DNA of 64,000 nt. Origin: Blastocatellia bacterium. Lineage in GTDB: Bacteria; Acidobacteriota; Blastocatellia; UBA7656. A program made the position numbers and the translations under genes. The stretch lies in NCBI GenBank assembly GCA_963765495.1, contig CAVXWP010000008.1, positions 128,001 to 192,000 of the forward strand. The letters are read 5' to 3'. This document shows, in pieces, positions 38,934 to 48,288 of the stretch. Position 1 is the stretch's first letter, and the number at the start of each line of letters is the position of its first letter. The notes beneath the pieces were generated by a model that ran no database searches, was not told the DNA's origin, and saw nothing but the letters and a program-made list of their open reading frames with translations.

Positions 38934-40112
38934 TTAAGCGCTGATCGCTGACAGTTCATCAAGAAACAAATCTATTTCGGGCCGGCGAAGTGTGAGCGGC
39001 GGCAGAAGTCTCAGAACGCTTATGTCGTCGGCAAGCCCGGTGATGATCTTGCGCTCAAGCAAACCCTGCTGAAACGGTTTTGCGTTGCCGCTTTTGAATT
39101 TGATACCGATCAGATAGCCGAGTCCTCTGGTCTCTTCTACCGAGGGAAGCTCTCTCAGCTTTGCAAAAAGATATTCGGAATTAGCGCGGACGTTTTCAAG
39201 CAATCGCTCGTCAAGGATTACATCAATCGTGGCCTCGAGCGCGGCTGAAGCAAGCGGCCCTCCGCCGAATGTGGTCCCGAGGTCGCCAGTCTTGATTTCT
39301 CCCGCTATCTCTTCGGTCACGAGAAGCGCACCCATCGGCACTCCGCTCGCAATGCCTTTCGCCATTGTGACCATATCCGGCAAGATACCGAAACGGCCCG
39401 CAAAAAAGAACTCGCCCGTCCGCCCCATCCCCGTCTGTACTTCGTCGTAGATGAGCATCGAGCCTCTCTTATCGCAAAGCTCGCGAAGTGATTTATAGAA
39501 ATCGGGACCGGCCATTCGAGCGCCGCCCATCGATTGAACAGGCTCAAGGATCACCCCGGCAGTTTCGTCATCAACGAGTTCCGCAATCGCCTCGATGTCG
39601 CCAAACGGCGCGTATACGTGGCCTTCAAGCAAAGGCGATACGCCCTCGCGGTATTTCGGCAGCCCCGTAGCCGAAAGCGACCCCGGCGTGCGTCCGTGAA
39701 ATCCGCCTTCGAACGAGATCATCTTTATCCGGCCCGTGAGCTTTCGCGCGATCTTCATCGCGTTTTCATTCGCCTCTGTGCCCGAGTTGACGAAGAAAAC
39801 CTTTGTGAAAATTTCGGGTGAAATCTCGACAAGTTTCTTTGCGGCGCGCGCGCGAACATCGTTGTAAACAAGATTGGAATAGAAGATCAATCGCCCGGCC
39901 TGCTCGGCTATCGCGCGAACTACGCGGGGGTGCGAGTGACCCGTGGATACGACCGCATGCCCGCCGTACAAATCCAGATAACGGTCGCCTTCTTCGGTCG
40001 TGACCCAGACATCTGTGCCGCTTTCGATGGCGAAAGGGAATTTCTTGTAGGTCGCCACCTGATATCGCTCTTCCATTTCCAGTATGGATTCTCGTTCAAG
40101 CTGTGTAGTCAA
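38934..40112 (-). CDS. argD: Acyl-ornithine aminotransferase
   Basis: NSGTEANE, FHGRT, DEVQTGMGRTG, TMAKG and TTFGG motifs. Confidence 0.92.
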   Translation of the reverse strand: MTTQLERESILEMEERYQVATYKKFPFAIESGTDVWVTTEEGDRYLDLYGGHAVVSTGHSHPRVVRAIAEQAGRLIFYSNLVYNDVRARAAKKLVEISPEIFTKVFFVNSGTEANENAMKIARKLTGRIKMISFEGGFHGRTPGSLSATGLPKYREGVSPLLEGHVYAPFGDIEAIAELVDDETAGVILEPVQSMGGARMAGPDFYKSLRELCDKRGSMLIYDEVQTGMGRTGEFFFAGRFGILPDMVTMAKGIASGVPMGALLVTEEIAGEIKTGDLGTTFGGGPLASAALEATIDVILDERLLENVRANSEYLFAKLRELPSVEETRGLGYLIGIKFKSGNAKPFQQGLLERKIITGLADDISVLRLLPPLTLRRPEIDLFLDELSAISA

Positions 40113-40147
40113 TTCGACACCTCTTTATCAACACAAGCGCTATCAAT

Positions 40148-41179
40148 TCACGGATTCGTTCCTGCCAGTTGCAGCCCTGCTCGTTCTTCCAGGCCGAACA
40201 TCAGATTCATATTTTGCACGGCCTGTCCGGCTGCGCCCTTTACCAGATTGTCGAGCGCCACAAATACAATTACCGTGTCGCCGTTTGCCGCCCAGCCTAT
40301 GTCTACAAAATTCGTACCCTTTACACAGTTAATGTCAGGCGATCCGTTCACAAGGCGTATGAAGAACTCATCGCCGTAATACTCGTTTAATAACTGGCCC
40401 ACCTGATCGCGTGTGGTCGGCTCTTTCACGCTTATGTAGATCGAAGCGAAGATGCCTCGCACGGTCGGGATCGAATGGGTTTGAAAAACCAGGCTGCCCG
40501 TCGCCGGCCATTCGGGGTTGATCGAGTCGAGCAGTTGCTCGACTTCGGGTTGATGCTGATGCTCAAAAACCTTGTAGGCATAAAAACTATTGGCCCGCTT
40601 CGGATGATGAGTGTTGGCCGCAGGTTTTGCGCCGGAGCCTGACGAGCCGGTCTTCAAATCGGCGATGATCTTTCCCGTCGCAAGACCTGTCGCTACAAAG
40701 GGATAGAGGCCGAGTTCGAGCGCGGTCGCAAAACATCCGGGATTCGCGATTCGATTGGCCTGTTTGATCCGGCTGCGATTTACTTCACTCAGGCCGTAGA
40801 CAAATTCCTTTTGAATCCCGATAGCCGTATGATCGCGACCGTAAAACTGCTTGAAAGTATCGGCATCGCTCAGGCGAAAATCGCCCGACAGATCTATGAG
40901 CTTTACACTCGAAGGCACGGCGGGGGCTATCTCCATAGCCTGCCCGTGAGGCAGAGCAAGAAAGACGCAATCGAGCCCTCCGAGTTCGCGCGGGTCGGGC
41001 ATCGCCTCAAATGACAGGTCAGTGAGCTTCGAAAGATTTGGATGAACCGCATCGACTCGCTTGCCCGCGTGCTCGCCCGCCGTGACCCTTCGTATATTCG
41101 CCTCGGGATGAAAAAGCAGGATGCGAAGAAGCTCGCTTCCGCCGTACCCCGATCCACCCAGTATGCCTACATTGACCAC
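40148..41179 (-). CDS. argC: N-acyl-gamma-glutamyl-phosphate reductase
   Basis: GGSGYGG, ALPHG, IANPGC and DNLVKGAAGQAVQN motifs. Confidence 0.95.
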   Translation of the reverse strand: MVNVGILGGSGYGGSELLRILLFHPEANIRRVTAGEHAGKRVDAVHPNLSKLTDLSFEAMPDPRELGGLDCVFLALPHGQAMEIAPAVPSSVKLIDLSGDFRLSDADTFKQFYGRDHTAIGIQKEFVYGLSEVNRSRIKQANRIANPGCFATALELGLYPFVATGLATGKIIADLKTGSSGSGAKPAANTHHPKRANSFYAYKVFEHQHQPEVEQLLDSINPEWPATGSLVFQTHSIPTVRGIFASIYISVKEPTTRDQVGQLLNEYYGDEFFIRLVNGSPDINCVKGTNFVDIGWAANGDTVIVFVALDNLVKGAAGQAVQNMNLMFGLEERAGLQLAGTNP

Positions 41180-42258
41180 TTCGCCAGCTTCTCCTTTATC
41201 AGATTTGCCAGGTCCTCTCCGTGATTCACGGCGTTGGCCGCCGCAAGCCCAAGCTCGGTCCTGATATAATCGGCCCCCATCTCTGAATCAGTGACAGGGC
41301 CGCTCACTACATCTATCTTTACTCCGTGACCGGCCAGCAATTCGCGGCCTCCCCACGCGCCTACGAAATCGCCCGCGCAGAAGACAAGCGCAGCCGTGGA
41401 CTCCATCAATTCCGCATCATTAAAGATGCTCTCTACGCCGTAGCCACCAAGTATGCCGTCGCCAAGCTCGATCACCACGCAATCAGGCTCGACCGAGTCA
41501 AGCTCGCGGATGACGCCTTTCGAGATAGGGGCCAGATCGCCGAGCTTTACCGTCGAGGGCAACCCGCAATCGAGAAAACTCAACGTCTTTACCGCGCCGT
41601 GATCCTGCATGTTGAGCGTATCGCGCAGGCAGGCTACTCCCGCGAGCTTTGCCGCCGCTACTCGAAGACCGGCGCGAGCCAGATGCTTTATGATCTCGGT
41701 CGCGGCATAGGTCTTACCTGAATTCATGCAGGTCCCCGCCACAAGGATGAGTGGCACCTTTACATCAAGCGTGTCGAGAGGGGATATAGCTCCTTCTGCG
41801 ATGTTGAGTATCCGTCCGTCACGCACGGGCATGCCAAGCACCTCAACTTCTATGGCATTGTTGAGACTGTGGTGATGCCCCACACAACGGCCTATCAGCC
41901 CGCCCAGGTTTAACAGGTGCAGGCGGTCGCCCGTTTCTATTGCATCGGGGACATCGCCCACAAAGCCTTTGAGCGCACGGCGGTATCCCAGCACACCGGC
42001 TACAATGTCGCCCGGATTGATCTTTGCCATGCGGCCCGTTATCAATTCGAGCGTGTTGTAGGTCGCATTGTCGGTCAGCGTGCGAACAACAACGACATTG
42101 CCCGGACGCGACTCGCACTCGGTAGTGATTTCCAACTCGTGGCCGAGCCCGAGATTCACCGTGGCCGAGGCTATTTTATCCACCCGCACAAGCCTTAAAT
42201 CCGTTCCCTGTGCGACGACTGGCTTCCCGTCTACTTCAATCAATTGCCCGCTCAACAT
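41167..42258 (-). CDS. DUF1611/DgcN-like P-loop protein; candidate N-acylglutamate synthase
   Basis: GTCMNSGKT, AKLAG, D..LPST and IELGDG motifs; its 3' end overlaps the argC start by 13 bp. The function is inferred from context. Confidence 0.65.
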   Translation of the reverse strand: MLSGQLIEVDGKPVVAQGTDLRLVRVDKIASATVNLGLGHELEITTECESRPGNVVVVRTLTDNATYNTLELITGRMAKINPGDIVAGVLGYRRALKGFVGDVPDAIETGDRLHLLNLGGLIGRCVGHHHSLNNAIEVEVLGMPVRDGRILNIAEGAISPLDTLDVKVPLILVAGTCMNSGKTYAATEIIKHLARAGLRVAAAKLAGVACLRDTLNMQDHGAVKTLSFLDCGLPSTVKLGDLAPISKGVIRELDSVEPDCVVIELGDGILGGYGVESIFNDAELMESTAALVFCAGDFVGAWGGRELLAGHGVKIDVVSGPVTDSEMGADYIRTELGLAAANAVNHGEDLANLIKEKLAKWSM

Positions 42259-42289
42259 TCTCTTTCTCCTTGCTGTAATGTGAGGACAT

Positions 42290-42366
42290 TGATGCGTGAT
42301 GCGTGACCTTTCAGGTAGATGGCTGTTTACCAGCTAAACGCAAATTTCACGCATCACGCATCACGC
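42290..42366. repeat. Heptamer-periodic palindromic element
   Basis: TGATGCGTGATGCGTGA ... TCACGCATCACGCATCACGC; supplies the last codons and stop of argG. Confidence 0.8.
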
Positions 42367-43574
42367 CTCCCCGCTAACTTTCTCATCCTCAAACGAAGCG
42401 CATTGAGCTTTATAAACCCTTCTGCATCGCGCTGATTGTAAACCGTGTCTCGTTCAAATGTGGCAAATGCTTCTGAATAAAGCGAAAGCGGCGAACGCCT
42501 GCCGACAACCGTGCAATTGCCCTTGTAGAGCTTTAGCCGCGCCGTGCCTGTGACGTTCTTTTGCGTCTGATCAAGAAGCGCGCGTATCGCTTCAAATTCC
42601 GGCGAATACCAGAAGCCGTAATAGATCATCTCGGCCACCCGCTCGTTTAGCGAATTCTTCAGGTGGGCGACTTCACGGTCGAGCGTGAGCGATTCCACCG
42701 CCCTGTGCGCTGCCTGCAAAATGGTCATGCCCGGTGTCTCGTAAACGCCGCGAGACTTCATCCCGACAAATCGGTTCTCAACCAGATCCACCCGCCCAAT
42801 GCCATGCTCGCCGCCTATGCGGTTGAGCCGGTCGAGAAGAATCGCGGGCGAAAGCGGCTCGCCGTCAACCGCCACGGGGATGCCTGAGTCGAATTCCACC
42901 TCTACATAGACGGGCGCATCCGGGGCCTGTTCGGGCGAGCGGGTGAGAATGAAAATCTCATCGGGCGGCTCGGCCCACGGGTCTTCTAAAATCCCGCCTT
43001 CGTAACTTATGTGCATCAGGTTGCGATCTATCGAATATGGTTTCTCTTTTGTCGCGGTGACAGGAATATCGTGACGTTCGGCATAGGCTATCAGGTCGGA
43101 GCGCGACTTGAATTGCCATTCGCGCCATGGCGCTATCACTTGAATATCCGGTTCGAGCGCGTAATAGGTAAGCTCGAACCTCACCTGATCGTTTCCTTTG
43201 CCCGTAGCCCCGTGAGCCACCGCCCCGGCTCCTTCCTTGCGCGCAATCTCTATCTGTTTCTTTGCGATCAAAGGACGGGCAAGCGAAGTGCCCAGAAGAT
43301 AAACGCCTTCGTAAACCGCGTTGGCCTTTAGAGCGGTGAATACAAAATCGCGCACGAATTCCTCGCGCAGGTCTTCGACGTATAACTTCGATGCGCCCGT
43401 CGCGTATGCCTTTTCTTCAAGCCCGCCAAGCTCTTCGGCCTGCCCTACATCGGCCGCGAAACAGATCACTTCCGAACCATAGTTTTCTTTTAGCCAGCGC
43501 AGTATGACCGATGTGTCCAGCCCTCCCGAATATGCCAGCACTACCTTCTCAATTTTCTTCTCTTCCGATTGCAT
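42354..43574 (-). CDS. argG: Argininosuccinate synthase
   Basis: [23 protein letters not shown] and SRGVYETPG motifs. Confidence 0.97.
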   Translation of the reverse strand: MQSEEKKIEKVVLAYSGGLDTSVILRWLKENYGSEVICFAADVGQAEELGGLEEKAYATGASKLYVEDLREEFVRDFVFTALKANAVYEGVYLLGTSLARPLIAKKQIEIARKEGAGAVAHGATGKGNDQVRFELTYYALEPDIQVIAPWREWQFKSRSDLIAYAERHDIPVTATKEKPYSIDRNLMHISYEGGILEDPWAEPPDEIFILTRSPEQAPDAPVYVEVEFDSGIPVAVDGEPLSPAILLDRLNRIGGEHGIGRVDLVENRFVGMKSRGVYETPGMTILQAAHRAVESLTLDREVAHLKNSLNERVAEMIYYGFWYSPEFEAIRALLDQTQKNVTGTARLKLYKGNCTVVGRRSPLSLYSEAFATFERDTVYNQRDAEGFIKLNALRLRMRKLAGRRDA

Positions 43575-43593
43575 TAAATAGTTCCTCCAGATT

Positions 43594-44076
43594 TCACCAC
43601 GACCACAGCGCTCTACTACCCGCCTTTGAAGATCGCCCCTCGGCCCGCTTCGCAGTCTGAGCGGGGCGCGAAAACAGTTTGACGATCTTCTTCATCGTCA
43701 GGCGCTGAGCAGCCTGATTTTTTACCGCTATGATGATCGTATCGTCGCCTGCCACCGTGCCTACGATCTCCGCAATATCCGCTCGATCAATCGCAAGCGC
43801 GGCCGGCTGTGCCTGACCCGTCTCTGTCTTCACGACAATGATGTTATCGCCCGCCGTATCGATAGCCATAACGGGTCCGCCTACAGGAATCGCCGCCTGT
43901 GGCGCAGTGTAGCGCCCATCCACCTTCGCCAATCCTATCTCGACGATGTCTCGCGAAATACTCGATTGAGTAACCTTGAAACCTCGGCGGGCGACCTCGC
44001 GCGCAAGCTCCTGCTGTGTCGCCACCGGCTTCTTGCTGATAATATCCAGTATCTCCTGTTGCCGCTTCCTCTTCAT
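43594..44076 (-). CDS. argR: Arginine repressor
   Basis: [14 protein letters not shown] and GTVAGDDT motifs. Confidence 0.95.
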   Translation of the reverse strand: MKRKRQQEILDIISKKPVATQQELAREVARRGFKVTQSSISRDIVEIGLAKVDGRYTAPQAAIPVGGPVMAIDTAGDNIIVVKTETGQAQPAALAIDRADIAEIVGTVAGDDTIIIAVKNQAAQRLTMKKIVKLFSRPAQTAKRAEGRSSKAGSRALWSW

Positions 44077-44088
44077 ATTACCCGTTTC

Positions 44089-44167
44089 TATGCGCTATTA
44101 TTGCATATTATGCGCATATTACTGCTAAAGATGCATAAACTTAGCATATGCGTTTGCCGATGGTCAA
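44089..44167 (-). promoter_or_regulatory. Sigma70-type promoter of the arg operon overlapped by probable ARG boxes
   Basis: Minus strand reads TTGACC-N18-TAAGTT with a TG extension; repeated imperfect palindromes TGCATATTATGCG and ATGCATAAACTTAGCAT. Confidence 0.65.
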
Positions 44168-44372
44168 ATCATTTAAGGAGAAACAGCAGGGGTGAATTTA
44201 GGGTGAGGGGCAGATCAGGAATCGAAATGAAGGAAAGGGAGGCCAGACGAGGCCTCCTCGATCACTAAAGAGCATCCAGGCGAATCACTTCGAAAAAAGG
44301 GTTAAGACTCTTTTAAAGGGACGAAACAGACCGGGGCTTGCTTTCCCGGATATACAAACAGGCTTGAAAATA

Positions 44373-44549
44373 TTAATAGCCCTTATCGCGGAAAACGAGC
44401 AAATAGACTCCGGCCCCGATAATCGGGAAGCACAGGATTAGAACGATCACTACGACCTTTGTCGCCGTATCGCGGTTTGAGCGCAACACATCACTTATGG
44501 CGAAAATGTCGAGTAAGATTGACGCCATAGTCAAAATCCAACTGAACAT
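44373..44549 (-). CDS. 58-aa PLDc_N-like two-TM small protein (absent from the ORF track)
   Basis: MFSWILTMASILLDIFAISDVLRSNRDTATKVVVIVLILCFPIIGAGVYLLVFRDKGY; AAAGGAG RBS. Confidence 0.8.
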   Translation of the reverse strand: MFSWILTMASILLDIFAISDVLRSNRDTATKVVVIVLILCFPIIGAGVYLLVFRDKGY

Positions 44550-44735
44550 ATTGATCTGATCTCCTTTCGTAAGTCGGTATATCTTACACCCGTCCCGGCT
44601 ACTTTGCTTTATCTTTCACGTGCCGATGATCTGGTGAATACCCTTCGATAGGGCCGTGCCCGGCCATTTTACCATTGCCTCTAAGTTTACGTAGCTTTTC
44701 CATCGAAAGTTCTAGGTGTGATCACATAAGTTTAC

Positions 44736-44772
44736 AAAAAAAACGACCCGCGCTCATTTGCGCAGGTCGTTT
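44736..44772 (-). terminator. Intrinsic terminator of the S41 peptidase gene
   Basis: AAACGACC-GCGC...GCGC-GGTCGTTT stem with a T8 tail on the minus strand. Confidence 0.75.
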
Positions 44773-44802
44773 GGAATAAAGCTGTTCTTCAATGTCTTGA
44801 AA

Positions 44803-46455
44803 CTAATTTCTACGAGGCTCGCCGCCCGGAGATGCGGCGCGCAGTCGGCGGATGCCTTCGGCCATTATTTTTGCCTTTGGCATCTCGGCGATAGAGGTTT
44901 GCAATTGAGCGTCGCCGCCCAGCAATACCTGATATGCCGTATCCTGACCGTAGGCAGCGGTCACGGTCTCATATCGAATCTGCATCTTGATGTAGTCGGC
45001 GTCTTTGTCTACCCTTGCCGGGTCGAGTTTCAGGTCTTTATGCTCGCGCAGGAAATTCTTAAAGGCGGCAAGCACCTTCTCATCCACTACATAATCGTCT
45101 GAGGTGAGACGATGGTGATGATCAGCCGGGCGGGCGGACTTGAATTTCTCAAGACCGGTGATTTGACCGGCTACCAGAGGGCGTGTAAATGAAAAGACTG
45201 GCTCGAACCATTCGCGCTGCAACTCGAAGTAATGCTCCGGTATTTTGACCGCAACATCCGGGTCTATGCCGCCGCCGCCGTAAACGGTGCGCCCCGCATC
45301 GGTTCGTTTTTCGTCCGTGCGGTTAACGGCCTCTTTGTCGCCGCGTTTGAGGTAATAATCATAGAGCGAGCGGCCCGCGTATTCGCGCTGAATCAAGCGC
45401 CCGCTTGGTGTGTAATACTTGCCCGTTGTCAATATGAGAGCCGAGCCGTCCGACAACTCGAACGGATTCTGGACCAGCCCTTTGCCAAAGCTGTTTTCGC
45501 CGACTACGCGGGCGCGGTCGTGATCCTGGAGAGCGCCCGCGACGATCTCGGCCGCAGAAGCGGTGCCGCGATTGATGAGCACCACTATGGGATAATCGTC
45601 CGGCACGGGGTTGAAGGCTGCAAGCTCACGCGCTGGAAATACCGAAGGACGACCGCGCATAGAGACAATCTTTTGACCTTTATAAAGGAAGATGTTTGCG
45701 ACTTTCCATGCCTGATTGACAAGCCCGCCGGGATTTCCGCGCAGGTCGAGTATAAGCGATGTCATTCCCAACTGGCGAAGTTCCGTGAGCGCGTTTTGCA
45801 CCTCGTCGTAGGTAGTCGTGTTGAAGCCGCCCTGCAGGTTTATATATCCGACGCCGTTGTCGAGCAGGAAATAATTTGGGATTGAAGGAAGCGGAACCGA
45901 GCCTCGTTTCAGTTTAAATTCTATTGGCTTTTCCGAGCCGATCCGGGCGATCTTAACCGAAACGAAAGTGCCTTCCGGGCCTTTCAGCTTGCTTGAAACC
46001 TTTGAAACGCCCCAGCCAGCCGTTGACTCTCCGTCTATCGCTATTATCTCGTCGCCGTATCGGATTCCTGCGCGATAGGATGCCGTTCCCTCGGTCGGAG
46101 AGAGTATATAAACCTTGCCGTATCGCTGCCCGATTACAGAGCCAATACCGTAATAGCGGCTGCGCTGCTCATTTTGAAAAGTCTCCCACTGTTGCCGGTC
46201 GAAGTACATCGAATGCGGGTCGAGAGTATGCAGCATCCCGTTGATGGATGATTTGGTAATGCGATCCATATCAACTTCGCCCGCAAAATTATCTTTCGCC
46301 ACCAAAAGAGCGCCTGCAAAGTCCTCGGCGATCTTCTGTCTTGTAACGGTTTGGCCCTGGCTTTCGGAAGCCTGACGCTGTCCGGTGGACGCACCGGCGA
46401 ATGTTAGAGGCAGCCATATTGCTACTGCCAGCAACCAGTATTTTCTTGATTTCAT
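44803..46455 (-). CDS. S41A carboxy-terminal processing protease (CtpA/Prc family)
   Basis: Signal peptide; LDPHS, PDZ domain, DLRGNPGG, TASAAE, SFGKG and YYTPSGR motifs. Confidence 0.93.
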   Translation of the reverse strand: MKSRKYWLLAVAIWLPLTFAGASTGQRQASESQGQTVTRQKIAEDFAGALLVAKDNFAGEVDMDRITKSSINGMLHTLDPHSMYFDRQQWETFQNEQRSRYYGIGSVIGQRYGKVYILSPTEGTASYRAGIRYGDEIIAIDGESTAGWGVSKVSSKLKGPEGTFVSVKIARIGSEKPIEFKLKRGSVPLPSIPNYFLLDNGVGYINLQGGFNTTTYDEVQNALTELRQLGMTSLILDLRGNPGGLVNQAWKVANIFLYKGQKIVSMRGRPSVFPARELAAFNPVPDDYPIVVLINRGTASAAEIVAGALQDHDRARVVGENSFGKGLVQNPFELSDGSALILTTGKYYTPSGRLIQREYAGRSLYDYYLKRGDKEAVNRTDEKRTDAGRTVYGGGGIDPDVAVKIPEHYFELQREWFEPVFSFTRPLVAGQITGLEKFKSARPADHHHRLTSDDYVVDEKVLAAFKNFLREHKDLKLDPARVDKDADYIKMQIRYETVTAAYGQDTAYQVLLGGDAQLQTSIAEMPKAKIMAEGIRRLRAASPGGEPRRN

Positions 46456-46626
46456 AGTCGAGCGCTTTCTCCTTACCAGTGTTACAAGGAACGAAGCCAG
46501 AGGGTCCGCTCTTCGAATTAAAGCTTGCGAGCCACCCGCAAGATACCTCCAGAAAAATTCTACTGGAAGCCTGCGCGGAAAACAACTATTGCTTTGTCAA
46601 AGCCGTTGTTGTTTTCAATCAGAGGA

Positions 46627-47511
46627 TCATTTCTTGCGGATATGGAGGGGGTAAATACCTATTAGGCTGGAATCGGGCTTGCCTGGAACTCCTTCAACCT
46701 TGAGCGAATAGTCTCCCGCAGGAAAGAAGTTCGAATTGAAACCGATAGTTAATGAGTTATACCTGTCGGGTTTGAGCCCCGTGCTCCCCCAGAAGCGGTG
46801 ATTATCCGAAAGTATGGTAACGCGATAAGTCTTGTACCGGGTCTCTCCTTCCAGGGGCACCGAGATGACGAAGTTCTCAGATGTTCGAGACAGCGTGATT
46901 TCATTGACATTCGCAGGGTTCTGTCCGCCGCCTCCCCTTACAGAGGTCAATACGAAGATGGGAAGGTTTATGCCGGCTCGCATCCATGCCTGAGACGTGC
47001 CTGCCGATTCGGCTTGCTGTTTTCTCGCATCCTCAAGTTCAGCCTCAAGCCCCCGAAGCTGCTCGTTCAAGCTCTGTTCCGTTTCCTGATGTTGTTGCTC
47101 GGAAGAGGATGCAGCTTGTTGCTGCTCTTCAAAACGGCGTTGCCATTCGGCAGAAGCGTTTTTTGCCTGATCGGCTTCAAACTGCAATCCACGAATCCGG
47201 CTTATCAGAAACAATGAAATGAGCACGGCTACCAACAGCACGCCGTAAGCAGCAAACGCCCAGTTTTTTACGGAAGGCCATTCCCATGAGAACCAGCGCG
47301 ACCTCTTCCTCTCCCGCCCCTTTTCCTGCTTTACCTCTTCCAAAGCGAACTGCTTAAAGCCTTCTCTGAAATCTCTCGTCGTCTTTAAGCGATTTATACA
47401 CTCAGGACAGTCAATGAAATGCTCTTCGAACCGCTCGCTCTCCTCTGCGACCAGTCTCCCCATCAGGTACCGATCAATCAGATCGAATTGTTCAATATAC
47501 TTGTGATCCAT
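46627..47511 (-). CDS. Putative membrane anti-sigma factor (zf-HC2-like, TM, coiled coil, extracytoplasmic domain)
   Basis: YLMGRL..FEEHFIDCPEC; TM helix at about aa 83-103; Q/E-rich coiled coil; directly downstream of an ECF sigma. Confidence 0.75.
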   Translation of the reverse strand: MDHKYIEQFDLIDRYLMGRLVAEESERFEEHFIDCPECINRLKTTRDFREGFKQFALEEVKQEKGRERKRSRWFSWEWPSVKNWAFAAYGVLLVAVLISLFLISRIRGLQFEADQAKNASAEWQRRFEEQQQAASSSEQQHQETEQSLNEQLRGLEAELEDARKQQAESAGTSQAWMRAGINLPIFVLTSVRGGGGQNPANVNEITLSRTSENFVISVPLEGETRYKTYRVTILSDNHRFWGSTGLKPDRYNSLTIGFNSNFFPAGDYSLKVEGVPGKPDSSLIGIYPLHIRKK

Positions 47512-47612
47512 GATGTTCGCCTGATCTCAATAGTAAAGTGTAGTCAAAAACTCGTTCATTGCACTTAACTCCGAAAATACTTAGCACGCCAGTTGATGAA
47601 TTGGCTTCTTTC

Positions 47613-48212
47613 TTAATGATCGTCCGACCCGGGTTCACCCGTAAGTTTCAGAAAAAGCTCCCTGAAGCGCTGGTGCGCTCTGAAAATAATGCGACTGAAC
47701 TGCACTCTGCTGAAGTGAAGATCGGCACAGATCGTTTCCTTCTCCTGTTCAAGGATGTAGTAACGAAAAAGGAGATCCTTATCCCGTTGAACGGTCATCT
47801 CGCTAATTACCTTTCGAACGACTTCGGCTTTCTCCTTCTCAAGCAATTGCTGGGAAGGATCGGATGAGGGGGCTGTCAGACCCTCGGCCGCGTCTATGTC
47901 TTCAGCCTTTATTGCCGACCGCATCTTTCGAACAAAATCAATGGCGATAAATTTAGCCGTTTGACAGATAAAGCCCGAGAGTCTTTCAGGCTCGCGGACA
48001 TCTCCGTGTCGGATTTTTTCGAGCACCTTTATCAAAGTTTCCTGGCGCAGGTCTTCCGCTATAGTGTGATTGCGAACAACCTGGTAGATGATATTGTACA
48101 CGCCCTCCTGATATCGGAGAACCATCTCCTCTTCGGCCTCGTGATCCTGCTGCATGATTCGCGCGACCAATTCCACTAATGAGGTTTTATCATTCAACTG
48201 AATCACATCCAT
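47613..48212 (-). CDS. ECF sigma-70 factor
   Basis: AEDLRQETL in region 2; IIFRAHQRFR in region 4; start 48212 or 48263. Confidence 0.85.
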   Translation of the reverse strand: MDVIQLNDKTSLVELVARIMQQDHEAEEEMVLRYQEGVYNIIYQVVRNHTIAEDLRQETLIKVLEKIRHGDVREPERLSGFICQTAKFIAIDFVRKMRSAIKAEDIDAAEGLTAPSSDPSQQLLEKEKAEVVRKVISEMTVQRDKDLLFRYYILEQEKETICADLHFSRVQFSRIIFRAHQRFRELFLKLTGEPGSDDH

Positions 48213-48288
48213 TACTTGTTTGCGAAACGGCCTCCTGATGCCTTTGCTGTCTGTTAAACCCAACCTAAATTAACGTGTCGTTTATTAC

